A DNA stretch of 64,000 nt, taken from NCBI GenBank assembly GCA_963728155.1, contig CAVSJF010000025.1, positions 5,405 to 69,404 of the forward strand, written 5' to 3'. The first letter of the stretch is position 1. Each line of letters begins with the position of its first letter. The notes below the pieces were generated by a model that did no database searches, had not been told where the DNA came from, and worked only from the letters and a program-made list of their open reading frames with translations. Both the position numbers and the translations under genes were made by a program. The DNA is from an uncultured Thermoleophilaceae bacterium (GTDB taxonomy: Bacteria > Actinomycetota > Thermoleophilia > Solirubrobacterales > Thermoleophilaceae). Below, piece after piece: positions 32,919 to 44,321 of the stretch.

Positions 32919-34318
32919 GGCTCGGTCAGAGTACGGGCGCCCGCGGACGGTGGCTTGCCCTCCGCCACCTCGCGGTAGATGCTGCCGAGGCCCGCCGCGA
33001 GCGCGGGCCAGGAGTAACGACCGCGGGCCACCTCGTAGGCCCGCTCGCCGCGGCGCCGGCGCTCCGCGGTGTCGTTCACCGCTTCCACCAGGGCATCGGC
33101 GAGCGCCTCCTCGTCGTCGGGAGGCACGAGCCAGCCGGTGTCCCCGGCGTCGATGATCTCGGCGGGCCCGTAGGCGTCGATCGCCAGCGCGGGCAGGCCG
33201 CAGGCCATCGCCTCGACTATCACCGCGCCGAACTGCTCGCGCACCGACGCCAGCACGAGCAGGTCGGCGGCGTTCAGCCCCTCGGGCAGGTCGTCGTGGC
33301 CGCGCCACCCGGCCAGGAAGACGTCCGGGTCGGCGGTCTCGCGCACCACGTCGAGTGGATGCTCGCCCTCCCACTCGCCGGGAAAGCCGCCGAGCAGCAC
33401 CAGCGGGGCCGGATGCGCGAAGCGCTCGCGTGCGCGGGCGTGGGCCCGAATCATCAGCGGGATGCGCTTGACCTCGGTGTAGCGCCCGACGTAGAGCATC
33501 ACCGGGCCGCCGCCGCGAAACGCCTCGAGCTGCTCCTCGGTGTAGGACACGCTGCCCGGCTTGCCCGACTCGTCCCATCCGCGCGGCTCCTCGACCAGCC
33601 AGCGCCGCCACTGGGCCAGCCGCGCGTCGCCCTCCTGCGGCCGGCGATCGAAGCCGGCGGGGTCGAAGCCGTTGGGGGCCCACACGAGGCGCTCAGGATC
33701 AACACCCAGCAGATCGGGCACGCGGCGCATGGCGTCGGGCGAGAGCACCAGCAGGCGCTCGCAGCCATTCGCCCAGCGCCGCAGGCGCTCGGCCCACTGG
33801 CTGGCGTAGGTCCAATTCTCGGGCGGCCCCTCCTCGATCTCCTGGAGCATCAGCAGCTCGGTGCCGTGCAGGTGGCCGATGCGCGGCACGTCGGGAAAGC
33901 GGCGCTCGGCGGCCTCGTTGATGGGCGTCAGGTGATGGAGATGGAGGACGTCCGCCTCACCGGCTCCGGCGCGCTGGAGCTGCTTCTCCCACACGGCAAC
34001 CAGACGCTCGTAGTCGCCGTCGTCGACCGTGGTGAACACCTGGTCGGGCGCGCCCGGACGGTCCTCGAAGGAGGGCTGGAAGGGCGGGTCGGCGGCGAGC
34101 GGGTTGGGCGCCGCGGCGGCCTCCGTGTAGTCGAGCGCACACACGTTCACGTCGCGGTAGAAGGTCTCCGCGTTGGACTCCTCCCCCGGCGCACCGAGCG
34201 ACCCCGTGGCCACCGTCGCGTCCCAGCCGTCGTCGGCCAGCGAGCGCGCGAGATAGCGCGCCACCTGGGCCGAGCCCCCGCGCGGGAAGAAGATCAGGCC
34301 CATCACGACGTTGCTCAT
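32915..34318 (-). CDS. glycosyltransferase family 4 (GT-B)
   Basis: [27 protein letters not shown]...VLASVREQFGAVIVEAMACGLPALAIDAYGPAEIIDAGDTGWLV (E-x7-E region). Confidence 0.85.
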   Translation of the reverse strand: MSNVVMGLIFFPRGGSAQVARYLARSLADDGWDATVATGSLGAPGEESNAETFYRDVNVCALDYTEAAAAPNPLAADPPFQPSFEDRPGAPDQVFTTVDDGDYERLVAVWEKQLQRAGAGEADVLHLHHLTPINEAAERRFPDVPRIGHLHGTELLMLQEIEEGPPENWTYASQWAERLRRWANGCERLLVLSPDAMRRVPDLLGVDPERLVWAPNGFDPAGFDRRPQEGDARLAQWRRWLVEEPRGWDESGKPGSVSYTEEQLEAFRGGGPVMLYVGRYTEVKRIPLMIRAHARARERFAHPAPLVLLGGFPGEWEGEHPLDVVRETADPDVFLAGWRGHDDLPEGLNAADLLVLASVREQFGAVIVEAMACGLPALAIDAYGPAEIIDAGDTGWLVPPDDEEALADALVEAVNDTAERRRRGERAYEVARGRYSWPALAAGLGSIYREVAEGKPPSAGARTLTEP

Positions 34319-35058
34319 CAGAAGTTCACCGGTACTGACCCGCCATCCACCGACCAGCTGGCACCACTCACGTTCGACGCCCTTTCCGAGCACAGGAAGA
34401 CAATGGCCGCGGCCACCTCCTCCGGCGTGCCCATGCGGCCCACCGGTAGCTTCGAGCGGGTGGCGTCGAGTACCTCCTCTCGATCTATTCCGCGCCGGGC
34501 CGCGAGCTGGTCGGCCAGTCCGCCCGGCTCGGTCCACAGCTCGTCCTCGACCGGTCCCGGCGCCACCGCGTTAACCAGCACGCCCTCCGCCGCCCACAGG
34601 TCGGCGAACGCTCGGCTGAGCGAGAGCTGGGCCGCCTTGGTAACGGAGTAGGCGGCGTCCAGGTTCGCGGACGGGCGCTTGCCCGACGAGGAGCTGAGGT
34701 TGACGATGCGCCCCCCGCCCTCCTTCGCCATGCGCGGCGCGAGGGCGCGCATGAGCCGCATCGGGGCCATCACGTGAAGCTCCCACTGGGCCTGCCAGTC
34801 CGCGTCGGTCAGCTCCTCCAGCGGGCGGGCTCGGCTCATGCCCGCGCCGTTCACGAGCGCCCAAGGGGTCTCGGCGCAAGCCTCGAGCACCCGCTCGGCC
34901 GCATCGCCGGCCGTGACGTCGAGCTCGAGGTCGGCGCCGTGGCGGGCCACGGTCAGCACGCGAGCGCCCTCCTGCGAGAGCATGCCCGCGGTGGCGGCGC
35001 CGATCCCGCGGGTGCCGCCCGTGACCACGCAGACCTTCCCTTCGAGACCGAGGTTCAC
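34318..35058 (-). CDS. SDR-family oxidoreductase
   Basis: GTG start gives [24 protein letters not shown]. Also [53 protein letters not shown]. Confidence 0.9.
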   Translation of the reverse strand: MNLGLEGKVCVVTGGTRGIGAATAGMLSQEGARVLTVARHGADLELDVTAGDAAERVLEACAETPWALVNGAGMSRARPLEELTDADWQAQWELHVMAPMRLMRALAPRMAKEGGGRIVNLSSSSGKRPSANLDAAYSVTKAAQLSLSRAFADLWAAEGVLVNAVAPGPVEDELWTEPGGLADQLAARRGIDREEVLDATRSKLPVGRMGTPEEVAAAIVFLCSERASNVSGASWSVDGGSVPVNF

Positions 35059-35065
35059 CGCCCCA

Positions 35066-35527
35066 ATGAAATCGCATACGCAGTACATGACGTTCAACAC
35101 CGACGAGCGGCGCGAGTTCGTCCGCATCACCGAGGACGTACAGGGCGCCGTCGACGAGGCCGGCGTGGCCGAGGGTCTGGTGCTGGTGGCCGCCATGCAC
35201 ATCACGGCGGCGGTGTGGATCAACGACGACGAGCCCGGGCTGCACGAGGACACGCTCGAGTGGCTCGACAAGGTGGCGCCGCCGAGCTGGAAGGAGCCGG
35301 CAAACGAGGTCGCGCGCGAGCTGCTGCCCGATCCGGGCGACTACCGCCACCACCGGGGCGGCGAAGATAACGGCGACGCCCACCTCAAGAACCTGCTCGT
35401 ACACCACCAGGTGATCGTCCCGGTGACCGAGGGGCGCCTCGACCTCGGTCCCTGGCAGGCGATCTTCTACCTCGAGTTCGACGGCCGGCGCGACAAGCGG
35501 CTCGTGATCAAGGTGCTGGGCGAGTAG
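35066..35527 (+). CDS. YjbQ/UPF0047-family protein (secondary thiamine-phosphate synthase-like)
   Basis: [26 protein letters not shown]...[24 protein letters not shown]...[39 protein letters not shown]. Confidence 0.85.
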   Translation: MKSHTQYMTFNTDERREFVRITEDVQGAVDEAGVAEGLVLVAAMHITAAVWINDDEPGLHEDTLEWLDKVAPPSWKEPANEVARELLPDPGDYRHHRGGEDNGDAHLKNLLVHHQVIVPVTEGRLDLGPWQAIFYLEFDGRRDKRLVIKVLGE

Positions 35528-35530
35528 AGC

Positions 35531-36454
35531 TCAGTTCGCCTGGTTGGGCATTGGGTCACCGGCCAGCCCGGCCAGCAGGTTGTCCACCGCCATGTCGGCC
35601 ATTTGCTCGCGGGTGGCGTGGGTGGCCGAGGCGATGTGCGGCACCACCAGCAGGCCGGGCGCCTCGAGCAGGGGATGGTCGCCGGGCAGCGGCTCGGGAT
35701 CGGTCACGTCGAGCGCGGCACCCGCGATCTCGCCGGCGTGCAGTGCGCGAGCCAGGGCGCCGGTGTCCACCACCGGGCCGCGGGAGGTGTTGACCAGGTA
35801 GGCCGTGTCCTTCATCCGCCCGAGCGCCGGGTCGTCGATGAGGCCGCGGGTGTCGGGGGTGAGCGGGCAGTGCAGGGTCACGAAGTCCGAGCGTTCCAGC
35901 AGCTCCTCGATCTCCGCTCCGCCGCTCTGGCTCGTGTGCAGGATCTCGCAGCCGAAGCCCTCGAGCCGCCGCGCCACGGCCCGGCCGATGCGCCCGTAGC
36001 CCACGATCCCCACCGTGGCCCCATGCAGGTCGCGCCCCAGCAGCAGGCCCGGCTCCCAGGTGCGCCACTGGCCGCTTCGCACGTAGGCGTCACCCTCCGC
36101 GAGCCGGCGCGAAATGCCGAGCATGAGCGCCAGCGCCAGGTCGGCGGTGGAGTCGGTGAGCACGTCGGGGGTGTTGCCAACCGGGATGTCGCGTTCGCTC
36201 GCCGCGTCGAGATCGACGTTGTCGGTGCCCACCGCGTAGTTGGATATCGCGCGCAGCTGCGGCGCCGCTTCGATCAGCTCAGCGTCCACGGGGTCGGTGA
36301 GCAGGGAGAGCAGGCCTTCGATGTCGCCGGCGCGAGCCAAAAGCTCGTCGCGCCCCGGAGGCAGCTGCTCGGGCCACACCTCGACCTCGTGTTCTGCGGA
36401 GAGGCGCTCGAGTGCCGAGCCGGGCAGGCGGCGGGTCACGAACACACGAGCCAT
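35531..36454 (-). CDS. D-2-hydroxyacid dehydrogenase / glyoxylate-hydroxypyruvate reductase family
   Basis: VGIVGYGRIGRAVARRL, LVNTSRGPVVD, VVPHIASAT. Confidence 0.9.
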   Translation of the reverse strand: MARVFVTRRLPGSALERLSAEHEVEVWPEQLPPGRDELLARAGDIEGLLSLLTDPVDAELIEAAPQLRAISNYAVGTDNVDLDAASERDIPVGNTPDVLTDSTADLALALMLGISRRLAEGDAYVRSGQWRTWEPGLLLGRDLHGATVGIVGYGRIGRAVARRLEGFGCEILHTSQSGGAEIEELLERSDFVTLHCPLTPDTRGLIDDPALGRMKDTAYLVNTSRGPVVDTGALARALHAGEIAGAALDVTDPEPLPGDHPLLEAPGLLVVPHIASATHATREQMADMAVDNLLAGLAGDPMPNQAN

Positions 36455-36482
36455 GACGCCCGGACGCTAGCGTCACTGCGCC

Positions 36483-37322
36483 ATGAGGGTGGCACTGGTG
36501 GCCAACGCCGGATCCGGCACCTGCGATCCCGACCAGTGCGCGGAATGGCTGCGCACGTTCGGGGCCGAGGTGGAGCTGTTCGCGATCGACGAGATCGATC
36601 GTGCCGTCGCGGCCGGCGCCGAGCGGTTGGTGGTGGCGGGTGGCGACGGCTCGATCGCGCCCGTGGCCGCGGCGGCCGGGCGCGCCGCGACCCCGCTGGG
36701 GGTTCTGCCCGCGGGCACCGCGAACGATTTCGCACGCGCGATGGGGATTCCGCCGCTCATGGGCCCTGCAGCGCGGCTGGCGGCACGCGGGACCGAGGTC
36801 AAGAAGATCGAGCTGGGCTGGATGGGCGATCGCCCGTTCGTGAACGTGGCCAGCGCCGGGCTTCCCGGCCCGGCCGCCCGAACGGCGAAGGCGTGGAAGA
36901 AGCCCCTCGGCCCGCTGGGATACGCCGCGGGCGCGCTGCTCGCCGGCATCATCGCGCGGGCGGTCAGCGTGGAGGTGGCCTGCGACGACGGCCAGCTGTT
37001 CGAGGGCGACGCCTGGCAGGTCACGGTGGCAGCCTCGGGCTCCTTCGGGGCGGGTTCGCGCATCGACGAGGCCGACCCCCACGACGGCAAGCTCGAGGTG
37101 ATCGCCGTGGAGGCCGGGCCGCGTCCTGGCCTGGTGGCCCTGGCCTACCGCCTGCGCGCCGGCACCTTGGGCGAACACCCGCGGGGGCGCCACGCGCGCT
37201 GCAAGAGCGCGGACGTGCGGCTGCGGGCGACAACGGAGTTCAACGTCGACGGCGAGGTCGTGGAAAGCGGCTCGGCGCAGTTCCGCGGCGAGGCCGATGC
37301 CTTCTCGCTCGTCGTCGGCTGA
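36483..37322 (+). CDS. diacylglycerol/lipid kinase (DAGK catalytic domain, YegS-like)
   Basis: RLVVAGGDGSIAPVAAAAG, PLGVLPAGTANDFARAMG. Confidence 0.85.
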   Translation: MRVALVANAGSGTCDPDQCAEWLRTFGAEVELFAIDEIDRAVAAGAERLVVAGGDGSIAPVAAAAGRAATPLGVLPAGTANDFARAMGIPPLMGPAARLAARGTEVKKIELGWMGDRPFVNVASAGLPGPAARTAKAWKKPLGPLGYAAGALLAGIIARAVSVEVACDDGQLFEGDAWQVTVAASGSFGAGSRIDEADPHDGKLEVIAVEAGPRPGLVALAYRLRAGTLGEHPRGRHARCKSADVRLRATTEFNVDGEVVESGSAQFRGEADAFSLVVG

Positions 37323-37334
37323 CCGCCTTTCGCC

Positions 37335-38195
37335 ATGGTGTCTGCCAGGATCTCGGCCGTGCGATTCCGACCATGGATGGTCGCCGCAGCGCTCGCGCTG
37401 CCGGCGGTCCTCGCTCCCGCGTCGGCGGCCCAGACCGGCGGCACTCCGGTGCCCGGCCCCGGCGACCCCTGCCCGGCGACCTATCCGGGCGACGACGCCG
37501 AGCAGAAGGCAACGGCCCGCTGGATGGCCCGCGGCGCGGCCATGCGGGACCTGCCCCAGGAGCTCCCGGTGATGGCCGGGCTAGCCGAGTCGGGCCTGCG
37601 CAACCTGCGTCACCCCGGTGGCTCGTTCTTCGGCTTCTTCGGCATGCACAGCTCGCTGAATGCCGGTCCCTACCGGGGCTTTCCCAAGAACCCTGACCTG
37701 CAGCTGCGCTGGTTCACCGACACCGCGGTGGCGGTGCGGCAGCGCGAGATCGCCGAGAGCGGCCAGGCGTACGGTGCCCGCGCGGCGGACTTCGGCGAGT
37801 GGATAGCCGACGTGGAGCGCCCCGCCCCGGAGAACCGCGACGGCTATCAGCCCTACTTCGAGGAAGCCGACGCCCTGCTACCCGGCTCCTGCCGGCCCAG
37901 CGATCACACGCCCGACTCCGCGCCGCCGGTGGTGCGCGTCCGCGGCGCGCGGCGCCAGCGGGGAGCGATCGAGCTGAAGATCCGATGCCCGGTCGAGGCG
38001 TGCATGGCGGCGGCCGCGGCCGAGCCGGCTCGGCGCGTGCGGCGCGCCGCGGCCGTGGAGGCCGGGGACGAGGCGGTCACGCTGACCCTGCCCGCCCGCT
38101 CGGCGCGCGGCGCCCGGCTGTTGGTCACGGTCACAGCGGTGGACGAGTCGGGCAACGCCGCGCAGGTGCAGCGCCGGATCACGCTGGTGCGCTGA
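37335..38195 (+). CDS. secreted hypothetical protein
   Basis: Signal peptide MVSARISAVRFRPWMVAAALALPAVLAPASAAQ. The ORF is coherent with GC-rich third positions, and its stop overlaps the next start (TGATG). Confidence 0.65.
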   Translation: MVSARISAVRFRPWMVAAALALPAVLAPASAAQTGGTPVPGPGDPCPATYPGDDAEQKATARWMARGAAMRDLPQELPVMAGLAESGLRNLRHPGGSFFGFFGMHSSLNAGPYRGFPKNPDLQLRWFTDTAVAVRQREIAESGQAYGARAADFGEWIADVERPAPENRDGYQPYFEEADALLPGSCRPSDHTPDSAPPVVRVRGARRQRGAIELKIRCPVEACMAAAAAEPARRVRRAAAVEAGDEAVTLTLPARSARGARLLVTVTAVDESGNAAQVQRRITLVR

Positions 38196-39343
38196 TGGCG
38201 CCGGACGTTCTCATCCATGGAGACACCAACAGCTCCGCGGCGCTGCGCCACGAGCTGCCGCTGGGCATCATCGACCCCTTCTCCTATTTCGAGATCGGTG
38301 GCCGACGGGTGGTCGAGATCGCCTCGATGGAGGCCGGTCGCGTGAAGGAGGCCGCGCCCGACGTGGAGCTGCTCGACCCGTATTCGCTTGGCCTCGACGA
38401 GCTGATCGCCCAGGGCATGGGCTGGCACGAGCTCGATTCTGAGCTGTGCCTGCGCGCCGCCCAGCACCTCGGGGCGCGCCGGCTCGTGGTGCCGGGCGCG
38501 CTGGGGGTGGCGGTGGCCGACCGCCTGAGAGCAGAGGGGATCGAGGTGGTGCCCGACGAGTCGGAGTTCATCCGGCGCCGGCGGCGAAAGAACCCAGTCG
38601 AGCTGGCGGGAATCCGCCGCGCCCAGGCCGCGGCCGACGCGGGAATGGCCGCGGCCGCGGAGCTGTTGCGCAGCGCCGGCGCCGGCGATGGCACGCTCAC
38701 CCTGGGCGGAGAGCCGCTGACCTCTGAGAGAGTTCGCGAGCGCATCCGCGAGGTCTGCGCCGGCCACGGCGCCCCCGCCCCGGAGGACATCATCGTGGCC
38801 GGCGGCGCCGCCGGGGCCAGCGGCCACGAGCAGGGCTCCGGCCCGCTGCCCGCGGGCACCCCGATCATCATCGACTTGTGGCCACGCGACGAGCGCACGG
38901 GCTGCTGGGCCGACATGACGCGCACGTTCGTCGCCGGGGGCGAAGCGGCGCCCGACGTGGCCCGCTGGCATGAGCTCTGCCACGAAGCACTCGTCCGCGT
39001 GACCGGCGAGGTCCGCGCGGGCGTGACCGGGCGCGCGTTGTTCGACACCGCGTGCGTGGTATTCGAGGAGGCGGGCGAGCTCACGCAGCGCACCAAGCCC
39101 GAGGGTGAGGACCTGGCCGACGGCTTCTTCCATTCGCTCGGGCACGGCGTGGGCCTCGAGGTCCACGAGGAGCCCGCCCTCGGTCGCACCGGCACCGGGG
39201 ATCTGGTGGCGGGCGACGTGGTGGCCGTGGAGCCGGGCTGCTACCGCAAGGGCTACGGCGGCGTGAGGATCGAGAACCTGCTGCTGGTGACCGAGGACGG
39301 CTGCGAGGTCATCACCAAATTCCCACTCGATCTCCGGCCCTAG
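38195..39343 (+). CDS. M24-family Xaa-Pro aminopeptidase
   Basis: KNPVELAGIRRAQAAADAG, IIIDLWPRD..GCWADMTRTF, HSLGHGVGLEVHEEP, VVAVEPGCY...GGVRIENLLLVTEDG. Confidence 0.9.
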   Translation: MAPDVLIHGDTNSSAALRHELPLGIIDPFSYFEIGGRRVVEIASMEAGRVKEAAPDVELLDPYSLGLDELIAQGMGWHELDSELCLRAAQHLGARRLVVPGALGVAVADRLRAEGIEVVPDESEFIRRRRRKNPVELAGIRRAQAAADAGMAAAAELLRSAGAGDGTLTLGGEPLTSERVRERIREVCAGHGAPAPEDIIVAGGAAGASGHEQGSGPLPAGTPIIIDLWPRDERTGCWADMTRTFVAGGEAAPDVARWHELCHEALVRVTGEVRAGVTGRALFDTACVVFEEAGELTQRTKPEGEDLADGFFHSLGHGVGLEVHEEPALGRTGTGDLVAGDVVAVEPGCYRKGYGGVRIENLLLVTEDGCEVITKFPLDLRP

Positions 39344-39360
39344 CCCGCTAACTTCAATTC

Positions 39361-40260
39361 ATGCCGCCGCGCGACACGGGTCTCCCCCAAACCGACGCCC
39401 AATTCGACTTCGGGCGCGCGCGGCGCAAGCGCGCCCTCTCGCAGATAGCGGCCCGGCTGCGGCGCGAGGGCGACCTGAGCACCATCCTGCCCTTCGAGGA
39501 GGTCGTGCGCGCGCTAGGAAGGCGCGACGAGCGCAGCCTCGGGCTCAAGACCATCGACCTCGACTCGATCATCGGGACGGTCGACCGCGGTCGCGAGTTC
39601 GATCGCAGCTTTCGCCCCACCTCGGGCCGCGTGCGCCCGCGCTGGGAGCGGATCAACACTGCCCAGCGCAAGGGGCAGGAGATGCCCCCCATCGACGTTT
39701 ACCGCATCGGCGAGCTGCACTTCGTCAAGGACGGCCACCACCGCGTGTCGGTGGCCCGTGCGCTCGGCTTCGACAAGATAGACGCGTACGTGACCGAGAT
39801 CGTCACCGAGCTCGGCGCCGGCCGCGAGATCCGGCTCGGCGACCTACCCCTCAAGAGCCACCAGCGGCTGTTCTTCGAGCGCGTTCCCCTGCCGGCCGAT
39901 GCGCGGGCCGACATCAAGCTGTCCGACGAGTGGCGCTACGCCGCTCTGGCCGAAGCGATCGAGGCCTGGGGCTTTCGCGTGAGCCAGGACCGCGGTGAGC
40001 TGATGACCCGCTCCGCGGTCGCCGAGGAGTGGTACGACGACGAGTACCGCCCGGTGGTGGAGATGTTGCGCGAGGCGGAGCTGATCCGCCGCGGCATGAC
40101 CGAGACCGAGGCCTACATGCGCGTGGCCCACCTGCGCTACCTGATCCTGCGCACCCACGAATGGGACGACGAGGTGATCGAGGCGGTCCGGCGCGACCTG
40201 GCCGCTCCGGGCATCGAGGAGGACACGATGGTGCGCGCGCTGCGCAAGGAGCTCAAGTAG
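39361..40260 (+). CDS. ParB/Srx-like N-terminal domain protein
   Basis: IDVYRIGELHFVKDGHHRVSVARALGFDKIDAYVTEI. Confidence 0.7.
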   Translation: MPPRDTGLPQTDAQFDFGRARRKRALSQIAARLRREGDLSTILPFEEVVRALGRRDERSLGLKTIDLDSIIGTVDRGREFDRSFRPTSGRVRPRWERINTAQRKGQEMPPIDVYRIGELHFVKDGHHRVSVARALGFDKIDAYVTEIVTELGAGREIRLGDLPLKSHQRLFFERVPLPADARADIKLSDEWRYAALAEAIEAWGFRVSQDRGELMTRSAVAEEWYDDEYRPVVEMLREAELIRRGMTETEAYMRVAHLRYLILRTHEWDDEVIEAVRRDLAAPGIEEDTMVRALRKELK

Positions 40261-41089
40261 GCAGCAAGGAGCGGAGCTCGGCGAGCATCGGCGCCGGGTT
40301 CTCGGTCACGTCATTCCAGGTGTAGCGGCGGAAGTCGTCGTCGCGGGCGTAGGCCTCGCGTTCTCTTTGCCTGTCGTTCTCCCAAGCGTGGCGCGAGTGG
40401 TGGTAGCGGTAGCCGTCCAACTCGACCGTCAGGTGGTGGTCGGGCCAGCGGCAGTCGACGCGTTTGCTGCCGGCGGGGCGGTTGGTCTGCGGCAATGGGA
40501 GGCCGGCTTGTTGTAGGCGTTCGAGGAAGCGGCGCTCGAGGTTGCTCAGGGTGACCCTGACCTCGCCGCGCAAGACGCGGCGAAGCGTCGCCGATCCGGC
40601 TGCGCGGGGTCGGCGAGCAAGCGCGGCTTCGACTTGCTTGGGACTGGTGTGGTGGCGCACGCCGGCTTCGTGACAGGCGCGGGCCAGTTCTGCTTCGTCT
40701 ACGGCAGCAGCCAGGTCGATGAGGGTTTCGGCGGGAGTGGTGACGGGGATGCCGCGCCAGGTCGTGCCTTCGCGCCACCCTTCGCGGACATTTACCCCCC
40801 TCACCCCACGCTTGGCGGGAACAGTGGTCTCGGGAGGTGGCGCTTTACCCTTAACCAGGCCGAGTAGATGCGCTGCCGCCCGGCCGCTCAGCAGCGCCCC
40901 GTCGCCGGAGGCCTTGACCGCCGCCAAGTGATGCGCTTCGACGCTGGGCGCCGTGTGGCCCACCCGGTAAACGCCGCGAAAGACAGCAATAAGGGCGCCG
41001 GTCCGCAGGCGCCGGTCGATCTGCTTGCCGCGGATCCCGACCCGCAGAAGCTCCCTCCGGGTGACCACCCCGTGCGAGCGCCACGCCAT
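40253..41089 (-). CDS. DUF559 endonuclease-like protein with an AbiEi-like N-terminal wHTH
   Basis: HGVVTRRELLRVGIRGKQIDRRLRTGALIAVFRGVY at the N-terminus. RVDCRWPDHHLTVELDGYRYHHSRHAWENDRQREREAY at the C-terminus. Confidence 0.75.
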   Translation of the reverse strand: MAWRSHGVVTRRELLRVGIRGKQIDRRLRTGALIAVFRGVYRVGHTAPSVEAHHLAAVKASGDGALLSGRAAAHLLGLVKGKAPPPETTVPAKRGVRGVNVREGWREGTTWRGIPVTTPAETLIDLAAAVDEAELARACHEAGVRHHTSPKQVEAALARRPRAAGSATLRRVLRGEVRVTLSNLERRFLERLQQAGLPLPQTNRPAGSKRVDCRWPDHHLTVELDGYRYHHSRHAWENDRQREREAYARDDDFRRYTWNDVTENPAPMLAELRSLLPT

Positions 41090-41216
41090 AGCGGCCAGCC
41101 TTCTGCTCCACAGTGCCGACTTTTCCCCTCATACGGGGGCAAAGTCGACTACTGCAACCGAACTCACCCCCTTATAGCCGCCGTTCAGCGGCAGCGCCGC
41201 GCCGCCGGCGGACGAG

Positions 41217-42516
<1,300 letters not shown>

Positions 42517-42536
42517 GCGGTGAGACCTCCTGTGAG

Positions 42537-43368
42537 CTAACCCTTGACCGCGCCGGCGGTGAGGCCCGCGACGATGCGGCGCTGGAAGATGAAGACCATG
42601 ATGATGATGGGGATGGTGACCACGATCGGAAGCCGCCGCGATAGCGCCGATGGGCTGCTCGAACTGCGACGCGCCGGTGAAGAAGGCCAGCGCCGCGGGC
42701 ACTGTGCGAGCAGCGTCGGTGGACGTCAGCGTGTTGGCGAAGATGAAGTCGTTCCAGGCGAAGATGAAGACGAGGATGGCGGCCGTGAACACGCCGGGCG
42801 CGGCCAGGGGCACGATCACCTTGGTGAAGGCCTGGAAGGGCGTGGCGCCGTCCACCTGCGCTGCCTGCTCGAGCTCCCACGGGATCTCCCGGAAGAAGGC
42901 TGACAGCGTGTAAATCGCCAGCGGCAGCGTAAAGGTCATGTACGGAATGATCAGCCCCGGCCAGGTGTCGTACAGCCCGATCGCGCGCCACATGTCGAAA
43001 AGCGAGCCGACGATTGAGATGGGCGGGAACATGGCCACCGCGAGCGCGCCGGACAGGATCACGGTCTTGCCCTTGAAGTCGAGCCGCGAAGTTGCATACG
43101 CGGCCAGCGCCGCCAGCACGATCGAGATGAGGGTGGCGATCATGGCGATGCCGATCGAGTTGATCAGCGCGGCAAGGAAGGTGTCGTCGGAGAAGATGAC
43201 CTCGTAGTTGTCGAAGGAGAAGCCGGAGAAGAACTTGCGGTCCGCGACCTGGGTCGGCGTCTTGAACGACAACGAGGCGATCCACGCCACGGGGATCAGG
43301 GCGTAGAGGATCACCACGAGGATGCCGATGAGCCACATCAGCTTGCCGCGCGCGGTGGTCTCGCTCAC
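42537..43368 (-). pseudogene. carbohydrate ABC transporter permease; one frame break at about 42627
   Basis: [29 protein letters not shown]...[26 protein letters not shown]. After ...GAIAAAS the expected C-terminus [29 protein letters not shown] (stop at 42537) is in the next frame. Confidence 0.85.
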
Positions 43369-44321
43369 TTCGCCCCCCCTGTCTGCTCGGCTGTGCTTGC
43401 GCCGAGCCCCTTGACGAACAGAACTGCGATCAGGATCACGCAGATGAAGATCAGGATCGACACGGCCGAGCCGAGGCCGAGGTTGAGCCGGTTGATCAGG
43501 ATGTTGAAGCCCAGGATGGACACGGTTTCCGTGCCGTTGGCGCCGCCGGGTTGGATGATGTAGGCGCTGTCGAACAATCGGAACGCGTCGAGCGTGCGGA
43601 ACAGCAGCGCCACCAGGATTGCCGGGCGCATCAGCGGCAGGGTGATGCGCACGAACCGCTGGATGGTGCTGGCGCCGTCGACCTTCGCGGCCTCGTGCAG
43701 CTCATCCGGGACGAGCGCGAGCCCGGCCAGTAGCAGGAGGGCCATGAAGGGCGTGGTCTTCCAGACCTCGGCCAGGATGATGATGAAGATCGAGCCCGAC
43801 TGGTTTGTCAGCGGGGCGTAGTCATCGGGCACGAGCGGCAGCCCGGCCACGAAGCCCACGGTGGGGTCAAAGGCGAAGCGCCACGTGAACGCGGCCACCA
43901 CGGTGACGATCCCGTAGGGGATCAGCACTGCCGAGCGCACCCCGCCGCGACCGAAGATGGCCTTGTGCATGACCAGCGCGATGGCCATCCCGAGCACGAG
44001 CTCGAAGGACACCGAGACCACGGTGATGACGAGGGTCACGAACACGTCCGACCACCAGGTCGTGGAGGTCAGAACGTCGACGTAGTTGGAAAGGCCGACG
44101 AACTCCTTCTCGTCGGGGAAGCGCAGGTCGATTTTCTGGAATGAGAGGTAGAGCGCGTAGCCGATCGGATAGCCGGTCACGAGCAGCATCGCGACCACCG
44201 CCGGCGCACACAGCATCCACGCCAGCTTGCGCTCGGCCTTGGCGCGGTCGGTGACCTTGCCCTTGGGCTTCTGCTCCGCGGCGGTGCCGGCGGGCGCGGC
44301 CCCTGCTTGGGCGGCTTCCAT
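43365..44321 (-). CDS. carbohydrate ABC transporter permease
   Basis: [38 protein letters not shown] overlap with the downstream permease. Confidence 0.9.
   Translation of the reverse strand: MEAAQAGAAPAGTAAEQKPKGKVTDRAKAERKLAWMLCAPAVVAMLLVTGYPIGYALYLSFQKIDLRFPDEKEFVGLSNYVDVLTSTTWWSDVFVTLVITVVSVSFELVLGMAIALVMHKAIFGRGGVRSAVLIPYGIVTVVAAFTWRFAFDPTVGFVAGLPLVPDDYAPLTNQSGSIFIIILAEVWKTTPFMALLLLAGLALVPDELHEAAKVDGASTIQRFVRITLPLMRPAILVALLFRTLDAFRLFDSAYIIQPGGANGTETVSILGFNILINRLNLGLGSAVSILIFICVILIAVLFVKGLGASTAEQTGGAK

Noticed and set aside
42560-42640. His-rich stretch [13 protein letters not shown], which looks like a metal-binding tail.
   Set aside because: It is the out-of-frame reading of the hydrophobic permease C-terminus [14 protein letters not shown], downstream of a one-base frame break.
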